Assembly (NCBI GenBank): GCA_037441385.1 | Contig: JBBISH010000053.1 | Coordinates: forward strand, 1 to 40,671 | DNA: 40,671 bases | Direction of reading: 5' to 3' | From: Myxococcales bacterium | Lineage (GTDB): Bacteria; Myxococcota_A; UBA9042 | In this document: piece by piece, positions 16,664 through 25,928 of the stretch | Numbering within the stretch: the first letter of the stretch is position 1 | Layout of the letters: each line of letters opens with the position of its first letter | Translations under genes and position numbers: made by a program | Notes under the pieces: generated by a model | Database searches by the model: none | Told to the model about the DNA's origin: nothing | The model's input: only the letters and a program-made list of their open reading frames with translations

Positions 16664-19600
16664 ATGACCCCGATGCGCCCAGTTTCTCCGACGCGCACCG
16701 CTCGGCCCTTCCCGCCGCGAACGCCGTGGTTGCTTGCCGCCTGCGCGTGGCTTGCCGTCGCCCTGGGCGGCTGCACCGTCACCCTGAACGAGCAGCAGGG
16801 CATCGACCCCTGCACCCCCAACCCTTGCCAAACCAAGGGGGTCTGCAACGGCTGGACCGGCACCTGCTCGGTCAAAAATGGCGCGGCCGTGTGCGGCACG
16901 TGGACCTGGAACAGCAAGAAGATCGCCGCCCCCAAGGGCGCCGACGGCAAGACGCTGACCAAGCCCGCCGGCTACGAGGCCAGCGAGGCCACCTGCGACG
17001 GCAAAGACAACGACTGCGACGGCCAGACCGACGAAGCGATCATCGGCACCCCAAGCAAAGTCTGCTTGACGCAAGGCGTCTGTGCCGGCGCCACCATCGG
17101 CGCGCTCTGTGTGGGCGGCCAGTATTTCTGCTCGTACGCTGCCGTACCCAGCTACCAAGTGACCGAAACGACCTGCGACGGCCTGGACAACGACTGCGAC
17201 GGCCAGACCGACGAAGAGGTGGTGCCCAAGTTTGGCGACTGCAAACGGCAAGGCGTGTGCGCGGGCCTCGCCGCCCCGACCTGCGCGGCCGGCAAGTGGG
17301 ACTGCGGCTACACCGCGCTGGGCCTGGAGTACGAAGTCAGCGAGACCAAGTGCGACGGCAAGGACAACGACTGCGATGGCACGGTCGACGCCAGCCTGGG
17401 CACCGCCGCCCTGCCCGCGGGCGAGAGCTGCAAGTCGGCCGGCGTGTGCGGCAAAGACGTGGCCATCGTCTGCCAAGCCGGTGCACCCACATGCAGCTAC
17501 GCCAACGTCAAAGGTTTTGAGACGATCGAGACCAGTTGCGACGGCCAAGACAACGACTGCGATGGCAAGACTGACAATTTTGCCGGCAGCTCGGTGCCCC
17601 TGACCAGCGCCGACTTGGCCGACTGCTTGAACAAGGGCCAATGCAGCAAGGGCGGCGTGCAAAAAGTGTGCACCGCCGGACAGTTCGCGTGCAATTACGC
17701 AGGCGTGGCGGGCTACGAGGCCAGCGAAACCAGCTGCGACGGCAAAGACAACGACTGCAACGGGACCGTGGACGACGTCACGCAAAAGCCGGCGACGTCG
17801 GCCTGTGGCACGCTGGGCGTCTGCGCGGGCGGCGCCCAGACCTGCAGCGGCAACCTGTGGTCGTGCGACTGGGCGGCGCTGGCCAGCAAAGGCTACGAAC
17901 CCTTTGAACAGACCTGCGACGGCAAAGACAACGACTGCGACGGCCAGACCGACGAAAGCGTGGCGCCCGCCAGCGCAGGCTGCAAGTCCCTGGGTCAATG
18001 CGGCTGGGGCGTGGCCGTCACGTGCAGCAGCGGCAAGGCCACCTGCGACTACAGCCACGTGGCGCTGTACCAAGACAACACCGAGACGTTGTGCGATGGC
18101 TTTGACAACGACTGCGACGGCCAGACCGACGAGCCTGAGAGCCTGGACGGCAGCAAAAGCGGCTGCTTGCTTGGCGTATGCGCCGGCAAGGCGAGCGCCG
18201 TGTGCACCTCGGGCGGCTGGAAGTGCGACACCGCGGGCGTGAGCAAGTACGAGGTCAGCGAAACCCTGTGCGACGGCCTGGACAACGACTGCGACGGCTT
18301 GACCGACGAGGGCTTGAGCGATCCTGGTTCGTGCCCCACCGCGGGTGTCTGCGCCACGGGCGTGGTGGCGGCCTGCGTGGGCGGCAAGTACCTGTGCAGC
18401 TTTGCTGGCGTGGCCGGTTACGAAGCCGTGGAGCAGACTTGCGACGGCAAAGACAACGACTGCGACGGCAAGGTCGACGTGGGCGTCTGCCCCTCGGGCT
18501 CGACCTGCTCGGCGGACGCCCAGTGCTTGGGCGGCGTGTGCATGGCGGTCGCCGGCAGCACCACCAAGGTGTGTGGCTCCAACGCCAAGCAATGCGCGTC
18601 GCTCAATACCAGCACTGGCAAGGTCGAAGTCGTGGACGACGGCGGCGGCGTGTGCGCGTCGAGCGAGACCATCCGCACTTGCAGCGGCGGCGTCTTGGGC
18701 GCGGTCGCGGCCTGCCCCAAAGACAAGCCCGTGTGCGGCGCCGGCATGTGCGCCATTTGCGTGCCGGGCGCCAAGTTCTGCGACCCCAGCGACGCGTCCA
18801 AGGTGAGCCAATGCGGCAGCGACGGCATGACCTACGTGGCCGCCGGATCGTGCCAGACCGGAGAAAAGTGCGCGGGCAACGGCGATTGCGTGCCCCTGGC
18901 CGACCAAGCCATGATCGACGCCGGCACCCCGGTGGCCGGCTACGACGCGGTGGCCCTGAGCGGCGGCGGCGTGGCGCTGGCCTGGATCACGGATAGCGGC
19001 GACCTGCGCGTGCGCATCTACGACGCCAAGGGCGCGCCGGCGGGCGCCAGCAGTGTCGCCCACGGCAGCTTGGCCCCGGTCAAGGGCACGATTCCGGCCA
19101 TCGCCGGGCTGGGCACGGGCTTCGCCGTGGCCTGGACCACCACGGGCACGGGCCAGGACATCGCCCTGGCGCGCTTTGACGCGACCGGCAAGCCCGACGG
19201 CGCGCCGATCATCGCCAACGATGTGGTCGAAGGCGATCAACGCCAGCCGGCCCTGGCGGCGCGCGGCACCGGCCTGTCGCTGGTGTACGCGGGCGAGAAC
19301 ATCGATCCGCAGCCCGGCCTGGGCGTGGCGGTGCGGCAGTTCGACAATGCCGGCGCGGCGGTCGACGTGGCCACCGTGGTCAACGTAGACACCACCCTGC
19401 AAGACGCGGTGCTGGACGATCAGGATTCGCCCGCGATCTTCTGCCGGAGCACGGGCGAATGCGGCGTGACGTGGACCCATCACCCGACCAGCACCGGCAA
19501 GCCCCGCGTGCGCGCCCGCTTGCTGAACGCCGCCAACAAGGCCAGCGGCAACACCGTGACCATCAGCGCCGGTGCCCAGGTGGGCGCGGCCAGCCAGGCG

Positions 19601-20026
19601 CAGCAAGCCGGTACGCTGGTGTTTACCGGAACCAAGTGGCTGTTTGCCTGGCAGGGCGAGGGCTTGGAGTCCGGCGTCAGCGGTTTTGGCATCGGCATGC
19701 GCTACTTGGACAGCAGCTTCAAGCTGGTCAACAACAACCAGCCGACCCTGGGCAACTTGACCAAAGAAGGCAACCAGGGCCAGCCGTACCTGCGGGCGCG
19801 CAATGGCGGCGCAGCACTGGTGTTCAGCGTGCCGGGTTTTGGGTCGATCCTCGACGTCACGGAACTGGGCGCACCGCTGAGCACGACCGAGACGGCGTTC
19901 GCCGCGGGCGCGTCGCCGGCGGGCTACCTGTCGGCCAAGCTGCTCGTCCTGGCCGACGGCAAGCAGCTGCTCCTGTTCTTGAAGGACAGCGGCGGTCCCG
20001 CCGAGATCCGTAGCCTTTTCCGTTAG
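16664..20026 (+). CDS. Large Cys-rich lipoprotein with nine CDGxDNDC[DN]G (MopE-like putative metal-binding) repeats and a beta-rich C-terminal domain
   Basis: Lipobox 'LGGC'; nine E-x-x-CDGxDNDC[DN]GxxD units at ~16994-18478; Cys-poor C-terminus with 'FAVAW', 'IALARFD', 'QPALA'. Confidence 0.88.
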   Translation: MTPMRPVSPTRTARPFPPRTPWLLAACAWLAVALGGCTVTLNEQQGIDPCTPNPCQTKGVCNGWTGTCSVKNGAAVCGTWTWNSKKIAAPKGADGKTLTKPAGYEASEATCDGKDNDCDGQTDEAIIGTPSKVCLTQGVCAGATIGALCVGGQYFCSYAAVPSYQVTETTCDGLDNDCDGQTDEEVVPKFGDCKRQGVCAGLAAPTCAAGKWDCGYTALGLEYEVSETKCDGKDNDCDGTVDASLGTAALPAGESCKSAGVCGKDVAIVCQAGAPTCSYANVKGFETIETSCDGQDNDCDGKTDNFAGSSVPLTSADLADCLNKGQCSKGGVQKVCTAGQFACNYAGVAGYEASETSCDGKDNDCNGTVDDVTQKPATSACGTLGVCAGGAQTCSGNLWSCDWAALASKGYEPFEQTCDGKDNDCDGQTDESVAPASAGCKSLGQCGWGVAVTCSSGKATCDYSHVALYQDNTETLCDGFDNDCDGQTDEPESLDGSKSGCLLGVCAGKASAVCTSGGWKCDTAGVSKYEVSETLCDGLDNDCDGLTDEGLSDPGSCPTAGVCATGVVAACVGGKYLCSFAGVAGYEAVEQTCDGKDNDCDGKVDVGVCPSGSTCSADAQCLGGVCMAVAGSTTKVCGSNAKQCASLNTSTGKVEVVDDGGGVCASSETIRTCSGGVLGAVAACPKDKPVCGAGMCAICVPGAKFCDPSDASKVSQCGSDGMTYVAAGSCQTGEKCAGNGDCVPLADQAMIDAGTPVAGYDAVALSGGGVALAWITDSGDLRVRIYDAKGAPAGASSVAHGSLAPVKGTIPAIAGLGTGFAVAWTTTGTGQDIALARFDATGKPDGAPIIANDVVEGDQRQPALAARGTGLSLVYAGENIDPQPGLGVAVRQFDNAGAAVDVATVVNVDTTLQDAVLDDQDSPAIFCRSTGECGVTWTHHPTSTGKPRVRARLLNAANKASGNTVTISAGAQVGAASQAQQAGTLVFTGTKWLFAWQGEGLESGVSGFGIGMRYLDSSFKLVNNNQPTLGNLTKEGNQGQPYLRARNGGAALVFSVPGFGSILDVTELGAPLSTTETAFAAGASPAGYLSAKLLVLADGKQLLLFLKDSGGPAEIRSLFR

Positions 20027-20045
20027 TTCGAATCAGGCAAAATTC

Positions 20046-20073
20046 TTGCCGATCGTCGCGATCGGGCTACGCT
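20046..20073 (+). promoter_or_regulatory. Possible sigma70 promoter TTGCCG-N16-TACGCT upstream of mpl
   Basis: Hexamers at 20046-20051 and 20068-20073 with a 16-nt spacer. Confidence 0.35.
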
Positions 20074-20110
20074 GCCGCTGCTGACCCATGTTCAGCGCGC
20101 AGGACGCCCC

Positions 20111-21658
20111 ATGTCGTTTGTTCCCGGACCCGCCGAGCGCGTACCCGAGCCGCGTCCCGCCGTGGACTACAGCCGCGTCAAGAAAGTCCACCTCATTGGC
20201 ATTGGCGGCTCGGCGATGGGCAATTTCGCTGGGATGTTGCAGGCCAAGGGCCTGGAGGTGCGCGGCTCCGACGCTGGCGTGTTCGACCCGATGCGCGCCA
20301 ACCTGCTGCGCTGGAACATCCCGTTTGTAGAGGGCTATGCAGCCGAGAACCTGAGCTGGAATCCTGACTTGGTCGTGGTCGGCAACGTCACCCGCCGCGA
20401 CAATCCCGAGGCGGTGGCGCTGCGCGAGCGCGGGCTGCCGTACTGCTCGTTCCCCGAGGCGCTGGGCGAGTGGATCCTGCCCGGTCGCATCCCCACCGTC
20501 ATCGCCGGCACCCACGGCAAGACCACCACCACTAGCCTGACGGCGTGGCTACTGGAATCGGCGGGCTTGGCGCCCGGTCTGCTGGTGGGCGGCGTGCCCA
20601 AGAACTTGGGGACCTCGTTCCGTCTGGGCGAGGGCAAGCCCTTTGTCATCGAGGGCGACGAATACGACACCGCCTATTACGACAAGCGCCCGAAATTCGT
20701 CCACTATCGCCCGCACCACGGCGTGCTGACGTCGGTCGAATTCGATCACGCCGACATCTACCCCGATTTTGCGGCGGTGCAGCGCGCCTTTGCGCTGTAC
20801 GCCTCGCTGTTTCCGGCCGATGGTCTGCTGGTGGCGTGGGGCGAAGACGAAAACGTGACCGCCGTGCTCGATCGCTGCCCAGGCCGGGTTATCCGCTATG
20901 GTTTCCAGCATGTGGCGGTCCCGTGCGCCGACGAGGGGCTGCCGCTGGACGTGGAGATCAAGCTGCTGGGCGTGGACCACCGCGGGGCGCAGTTCGAGCT
21001 GTATCGTGGCTTGGCGGCGCCGCTGCAGGGCCGCGATCCGCTGCCGCAGTTTGGCCCGGGCCAACGGATCGGCCGCTTCGAGTCCCCCATGGCCGGCAAG
21101 CACAACGTGCTGAACGCCTGCGCGGCGCTGTGCCTGGCCCTGGACCTGGGCGCCAGCGTGGCGCAGCTGCAGGTGGCGATCGCGGCGTTCCTGGGCGTCA
21201 AGAAGCGCCAGGAAGTGCGCGGGATCGTGGCCGGTGTCACGGTCATCGACGACTATGCCCACCACCCGACCGCGGTCAAAGAGACCGTGGCGGCCATCCA
21301 CGCCATGTACCCCGGCCGGCGCCTGTGGGCGGTGTTCGAGGCGGAGTCCAACACCTCGCGCCGCAAGGTGTTCGAAGACGTGTACCCGGATGCCTTTACC
21401 GGCGCCGATCAGGTGGTCCTGTGCTCGCCGCTGCACAAAGAGAGCGACAAGCTGCGCGCCGACGAGATCATGGACGCCGACCTGGTGTGCCGCCGCATCA
21501 CCGCCAAGGGCGTGCCGGCGCGCTTCATCCCGCAGGTGCCCGACATCGTGGACGTTCTGGCCCGCGAGCTGCGCGAGGGCGACGTGGTGCTGGGCATGAG
21601 CGGCCGCGACTTCCAGGGCCTGCACGGGCAGCTTCTGGGCAAGCTGGAGCAGCGGTAG
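20111..21658 (+). CDS. mpl: Murein tripeptide ligase Mpl (MurC family)
   Basis: 'HLIGIGGSAMG', 'IAGTHGKTTT', Mpl-type 'FVIEGDEYDTAYYDKRPKFVHYRP', 'EFDHADIY', 'DDYAHHPTA'. Confidence 0.85.
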   Translation: MSFVPGPAERVPEPRPAVDYSRVKKVHLIGIGGSAMGNFAGMLQAKGLEVRGSDAGVFDPMRANLLRWNIPFVEGYAAENLSWNPDLVVVGNVTRRDNPEAVALRERGLPYCSFPEALGEWILPGRIPTVIAGTHGKTTTTSLTAWLLESAGLAPGLLVGGVPKNLGTSFRLGEGKPFVIEGDEYDTAYYDKRPKFVHYRPHHGVLTSVEFDHADIYPDFAAVQRAFALYASLFPADGLLVAWGEDENVTAVLDRCPGRVIRYGFQHVAVPCADEGLPLDVEIKLLGVDHRGAQFELYRGLAAPLQGRDPLPQFGPGQRIGRFESPMAGKHNVLNACAALCLALDLGASVAQLQVAIAAFLGVKKRQEVRGIVAGVTVIDDYAHHPTAVKETVAAIHAMYPGRRLWAVFEAESNTSRRKVFEDVYPDAFTGADQVVLCSPLHKESDKLRADEIMDADLVCRRITAKGVPARFIPQVPDIVDVLARELREGDVVLGMSGRDFQGLHGQLLGKLEQR

Positions 21659-21749
21659 CCGCGAAATCGAAGCACTGTAATTTCAGCAAGTAGAAATTGC
21701 CCCCCAAGCACCTGCGTAAGCATCCGCGCAAAGATCAAGGGGCGCTTGG

Positions 21750-23444
21750 CTACTGCCCACAGACCTTCTTGGTCTTGATGTCGAAGGCCGCGTCCAGACT
21801 CTGCAGCAAGGCCGAAGGGTCGCTGGCGTCGGCCCCCAGCAGCTTGCCGCCGCCCGAAATCGCCAAGCTGGCCGAGCCACTGATGTCGGCAGCCGCGGTA
21901 GAACCCGAGATGTCGACGACGATGACCTTGACCGAGAAGGGCTTGCCATCGGGCGAGCGCAGCACGTTGTTGGCCATGTTGGTGGCCTTGACGCCAATGC
22001 CAGGCCGCGGGTCGGGCACGCACAACCCATCGCAAAACGCGGCTTGGCCGGCGCTGGCGTCGGGCAGACACGGGGTCAAGCCCTTGCTGCAGAAGTAGCC
22101 GGTGATGGTCTCTGGCGGCAGGCACAAGGTGTTGGCGGTGCACTTGCCGCCTTTGGCGCAGTCCGAGTCCTGGATGCAGTTGATGTAGGTGCCTTTGTCG
22201 CTCTTGCAGTTCTTGACGTTTTGGCAGGTCGTCCCGCCCACGCAGTCGTCGTCGCTTTGGCAGAACAGGCCGCTGGACAGCCGTTTGGCCTGCACCCAGG
22301 GCGCAAAGTAGCTGTTGCTGTTGTCCTCGCCGCCGTCGGTGAACATGACCACTACGGTCTCGCGGCATGAGCGGTTGGGGTCCACGCACTTGCCCTGCTG
22401 GCAGACGTAGTTGATGTTCTGGCAGCTGTCGTCGTCGCTGCAGGGCTTGCCGTCGATGATGACGCGGTTGCGGATGTACTCGCCCAGGTAGAACAGGGTC
22501 TTGCCTAGCGGCGTCGACCCGTCGGGCCGCAGCTCGGGGTTGACCGGCGTGGTCATGCTCTCTTTGCCGTCCATCCACAGGAGCATCGCGTCCTTGACGC
22601 TGGTCACGTTGGCCGTAGGGAAGGGCACGCACTGAATCTGCGACAGGCCCGACCAGTACCACAGCGGCGCTGAGTCGCCGATGGCCTGATCGCCCTTGTC
22701 ACCGGTGATCTGCTCGTTGCCGCTGTAGTGACCCGAGCTGCACGACAGGTACGAGCCCGAGGACGAACTGGTCTGCGGAAAGCGGAACAGCGCCATGCGC
22801 ATGGTGGTTTCGTCGATCTTGGCCAAGGCCTGCTTGAAGACGTACTTGGAGACGCCCATGCGCGTGCAGCCGCCGGCAAATTTGGGATCGACGTACTCGC
22901 AATCGGGCCATTGGTCGTAGTTGCCGCTGCACTTGGTCGCGCCGCCGATCTTGACGTCGTCGGACATCGAACCCGAGGTGTCGAATGCGATGATCAAGTT
23001 GGCCGCCACGGGCTTGCACTGCCCCGACATGCACGTGGTGCCCGGGAAGCAGTTGCTGATCGAGTAGCCGTTGCCCTTGCTCAGGCAGGTCTTGAGCTTG
23101 GGGCCCTCGCAGGTTTTGGCGCCCGGCGTGCACGAAACGGCGCTGACGTCGGCCGCAGCGTCGATGGCCACCCCGTCGGCGGCGGAAGCATCCGCGTCGG
23201 GCGCGGCAGTATCGGAAAGCGACGCGCTGTCGGCTTCGGTGGCCCCTGCACTGCTGTCGGCCACGGCGTCGAGTGCCCCGGCCGAGGCTTCGGCAGCCAG
23301 ATCCGCGGCGCTGTCTTCAGCAGGTTGGCCGTCGCTCGCGTCGGCCCCGGCGGCCTGGTTCGGCGTGCTGGCAGGTGCGCTACAACTACCGGCGGCAGCG
23401 GCCAAAAGAGCAGCCCTGACCACGCTACGAGTCCAAACTTGCAT
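21750..23444 (-). CDS. Cys-rich VWA-domain lipoprotein
   Basis: Lipobox 'AGSC'; Ala/Asp/Ser-rich linker; MIDAS residues 'FDTSGSM', 'GSTPLG', 'MFTDG'; many Cys. Confidence 0.8.
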   Translation of the reverse strand: MQVWTRSVVRAALLAAAAGSCSAPASTPNQAAGADASDGQPAEDSAADLAAEASAGALDAVADSSAGATEADSASLSDTAAPDADASAADGVAIDAAADVSAVSCTPGAKTCEGPKLKTCLSKGNGYSISNCFPGTTCMSGQCKPVAANLIIAFDTSGSMSDDVKIGGATKCSGNYDQWPDCEYVDPKFAGGCTRMGVSKYVFKQALAKIDETTMRMALFRFPQTSSSSGSYLSCSSGHYSGNEQITGDKGDQAIGDSAPLWYWSGLSQIQCVPFPTANVTSVKDAMLLWMDGKESMTTPVNPELRPDGSTPLGKTLFYLGEYIRNRVIIDGKPCSDDDSCQNINYVCQQGKCVDPNRSCRETVVVMFTDGGEDNSNSYFAPWVQAKRLSSGLFCQSDDDCVGGTTCQNVKNCKSDKGTYINCIQDSDCAKGGKCTANTLCLPPETITGYFCSKGLTPCLPDASAGQAAFCDGLCVPDPRPGIGVKATNMANNVLRSPDGKPFSVKVIVVDISGSTAAADISGSASLAISGGGKLLGADASDPSALLQSLDAAFDIKTKKVCGQ

Positions 23445-23560
23445 CGCGAGACCGCTTGCGCGAGACCACACGCGCTGCGCCAGCCTATCAGAAAAATGCC
23501 AGCGGCGCAGCGCGGTAGGGAGCACTCCCCACCAGACTGCGCCGCCAGCGTGGTCAGGAA

Positions 23561-25588
23561 CTACTTGGTCGGAGCCGGGGCCGGAGCCGGAGCCGGGGCG
23601 ACCGCAGCCGGGGGCTCAGCACCGCCGGGGGCGGGCATCGGCGCCGCACCGCCGCGCGAAGCTTCGATGCCCGACTTGATCAGGTCGACCGGCAGGTCGA
23701 AGCCACACGCGAACGACTTGACGCGGTTGCCGCAAGCGAACAACACCGCCTTGTCGCCGGGGATGTTGATCGTCGGGGGCACGATCGCCTTGAACGCGGC
23801 CAGGGCCGCGCCGGGGTTCACGTAGACGACCGTGGCGCCGTCCTTGGTGCCCACGGCCGCCTTGTAGGCGGGGGCGTCGCTCAGGCCGCCAGCCTTGGCC
23901 ATCGCCGCTGCCTTCGCCTTCTCGAGCGCGCTGGGACCAAAGGCGAAGCTGAGCTTGGCCTTGCCCGCGCAGATCGCCATGGCCAGCTTCTCGCCCATCA
24001 GGGCCTTGGCCTGGGCGGAATCCGGGGGCATCTTGGTGTAGTCCAGGGTCGCGTCCAGCACGTCGCAGGCCACATCGCCTTCGGTGGTGCTGTTGGTGGT
24101 CAGCTTGATGCCCTTGTCGGCGGCGATGCCGTTGATCAGGGTGATGGTGGGCTCGAGCTTGCCGTCCTTCAGGGTCTGCTCAAACGCAGCCATGACCTTC
24201 TCGCCCTGCTCGTCCTTGGCGCCCTTGGCCGCCTGCTCTTCCTTGGCCATCTTCATGACCTGGCTCAGGATGCCGACGATCACGCGCTTGCCGACCTTCA
24301 TCGCGGCCGTGCCGTCGTTCGTGCCCACCGCCACCAGCATGCCCAGAGCGGCCGGGCCGTCGGGGTACACGCCCACGGCGCTGTTGCCGTCTTGCAGCTT
24401 GGCCAGTTCCTTCATGTCGGCGGCCATGGCGTCAAAGGTCGCCTGGTCCATCTTGAAGGCTTCCTTGATCAGCACGAGCGACTCGTCCATCTGCTCCATG
24501 CTGGCGGCCGGGTCGGCCGAGGCGGCAACCGAGAAGTACGAGTTGGCGGGCAGCAGGTTGGCGATCGTCGCGGTGGTGCGGCCCTTGCCGGCGGCCAGCT
24601 GCTTGGCGAACTTGCTGCCGTCCTTGGCCTGCATGCGGAATTCGACGCGCATGTTGCTGGGATCCGCACCAACCAACAGCTCAAAGCGGGTGGCGTCGGT
24701 CAGCCAGGTGCGGATCATCTTCATGTACATGCCCATCGCCTTGGAGTTCAGCTGCGGATTGGCGCCCGCGCCCTCTTGCGACTTGGCTTCGATCATCGCC
24801 ATGAACTGATCGACTTCGGCCTTGCGCGACTTGACCAGCTCGTCGATCGCGATGCCCATGTAGGCCACCGCGGGGACGTCGACCTTGGCCAGATTCTCAG
24901 CAAAACCCTTGATCTTGCCGTAGCGGTCCTTGTCCATGACCGTGATGACCGTGTAGTCCTTGATGAAGTCGAAGTAGACCTTCTCGCCCTTGGGGGTGGT
25001 CAGCAGGGCCTCGTGGCCCTCGGCCTCGGCGGCGACCTTGGCGCCAGCGGCCTTGAGCGCGCCCACCGCGGCGTCCTTGCCGGTGACGGGCAGGAGCAGG
25101 AACACGCCCGAGGCGACTTCCATCGGGTTAGGCGGCGTGCCGGGAGCGGCCGCGGCGTGCTGATCATGGAAGCCGATGTGCAGCGGCTTGCTCATGTCGA
25201 ACCAGGCGATGTCCTTGACGCCAGCCTGAGCCATCACGGCCGTGATCTGCTGAGTGGCCTGGGTGCGCAGACCGCCGCCCGGAGGCAGCAGGCCCAGACG
25301 GCCGCCCACGCCTTCGATGGCGTCGAACATGCCGTTGTAGCTCTTGAACGACAGCCAGGCGACCACAGCCTCGGCGCCCGCCAGCTCGATGTCGGGCTGG
25401 GCAGGGGCAGCCGCCGGTGCGGGCGCAGCCTTCTCGTCGACCTTGACGGCCTCGTCTTTCTTGGCGGGCTCGGCCGCCGCCGCAGCAGCAGGCTTGGCCT
25501 CTTCTTTCTTCTTGCAGCCGGCCGGGACCACCAAGGCTCCACACAGAGCCACGGACGCCGCCGCCGCGATGAAACGATTCTGGAACAT
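23561..25588 (-). CDS. Large hypothetical lipoprotein
   Basis: 'LVVPAGC-KKKEE' lipobox; Ala/Pro-rich termini; strongly GC3-biased codons; GAGG upstream of ATG 25588. Confidence 0.85.
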   Translation of the reverse strand: MFQNRFIAAAASVALCGALVVPAGCKKKEEAKPAAAAAAEPAKKDEAVKVDEKAAPAPAAAPAQPDIELAGAEAVVAWLSFKSYNGMFDAIEGVGGRLGLLPPGGGLRTQATQQITAVMAQAGVKDIAWFDMSKPLHIGFHDQHAAAAPGTPPNPMEVASGVFLLLPVTGKDAAVGALKAAGAKVAAEAEGHEALLTTPKGEKVYFDFIKDYTVITVMDKDRYGKIKGFAENLAKVDVPAVAYMGIAIDELVKSRKAEVDQFMAMIEAKSQEGAGANPQLNSKAMGMYMKMIRTWLTDATRFELLVGADPSNMRVEFRMQAKDGSKFAKQLAAGKGRTTATIANLLPANSYFSVAASADPAASMEQMDESLVLIKEAFKMDQATFDAMAADMKELAKLQDGNSAVGVYPDGPAALGMLVAVGTNDGTAAMKVGKRVIVGILSQVMKMAKEEQAAKGAKDEQGEKVMAAFEQTLKDGKLEPTITLINGIAADKGIKLTTNSTTEGDVACDVLDATLDYTKMPPDSAQAKALMGEKLAMAICAGKAKLSFAFGPSALEKAKAAAMAKAGGLSDAPAYKAAVGTKDGATVVYVNPGAALAAFKAIVPPTINIPGDKAVLFACGNRVKSFACGFDLPVDLIKSGIEASRGGAAPMPAPGGAEPPAAVAPAPAPAPAPTK

Positions 25589-25695
25589 AGCTGGCCTCGC
25601 GAAGGAGTTGGGCTGCAGACACCTGTCCGCACACCGTGAGGCGTGACCTGTGGACCGCCGGGGCGTGCGCACAGGGCCGCTTCAGAGGGCGCGGG

Positions 25696-25724
25696 AGTAT
25701 AGGCACAAAATTTCGTGGTGGCAA
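25696..25724 (-). promoter_or_regulatory. Putative sigma70 promoter TTGCCA-N17-TATACT for the 25588 lipoprotein gene
   Basis: Minus strand reads TTGCCA ccacgaaattttgtgcc TATACT; both hexamers match consensus at 5/6. Confidence 0.65.
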
Positions 25725-25791
25725 CTGGGCTTTTCAGCGGACCCGCTGCATTCCGTCACCGTTGCGCCACGTCGGGCGGGGCGCAGCGGTC

Positions 25792-25928
25792 CTACGGGCT
25801 CCGCACGGATCGGCACGAAAACTGCGCCAATTCCTTGGGGACAGAGCGAGATCTCCGCCTAATTCTCGCCGGTTGCAGACCGGATCAGAGAAACCATACA
25901 GGCGCGAATCAGACGGGGTTCGAATCAG
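25792..25928 (+). repeat. Dispersed 137-bp structured element, copy A
   Basis: Aligns without gaps to the reverse complement of 39067-39203 (90/137 identical by hand count); conserved IR CT[AG]ATTCTCGCC...GGCG[CT]GAATCAG. Confidence 0.8.

Noticed and set aside
16994..18478. Regularly spaced GACAACGACTGCGACGG repeats resembling a CRISPR array
   Set aside because: In-frame codons for CDGxDNDCDG with ~180-bp period and synonymous variation; no cas genes.
20111..21658. murC assignment
   Set aside because: The 'EYDTAYYDKRPKF' motif and location outside a dcw cluster fit Mpl better.
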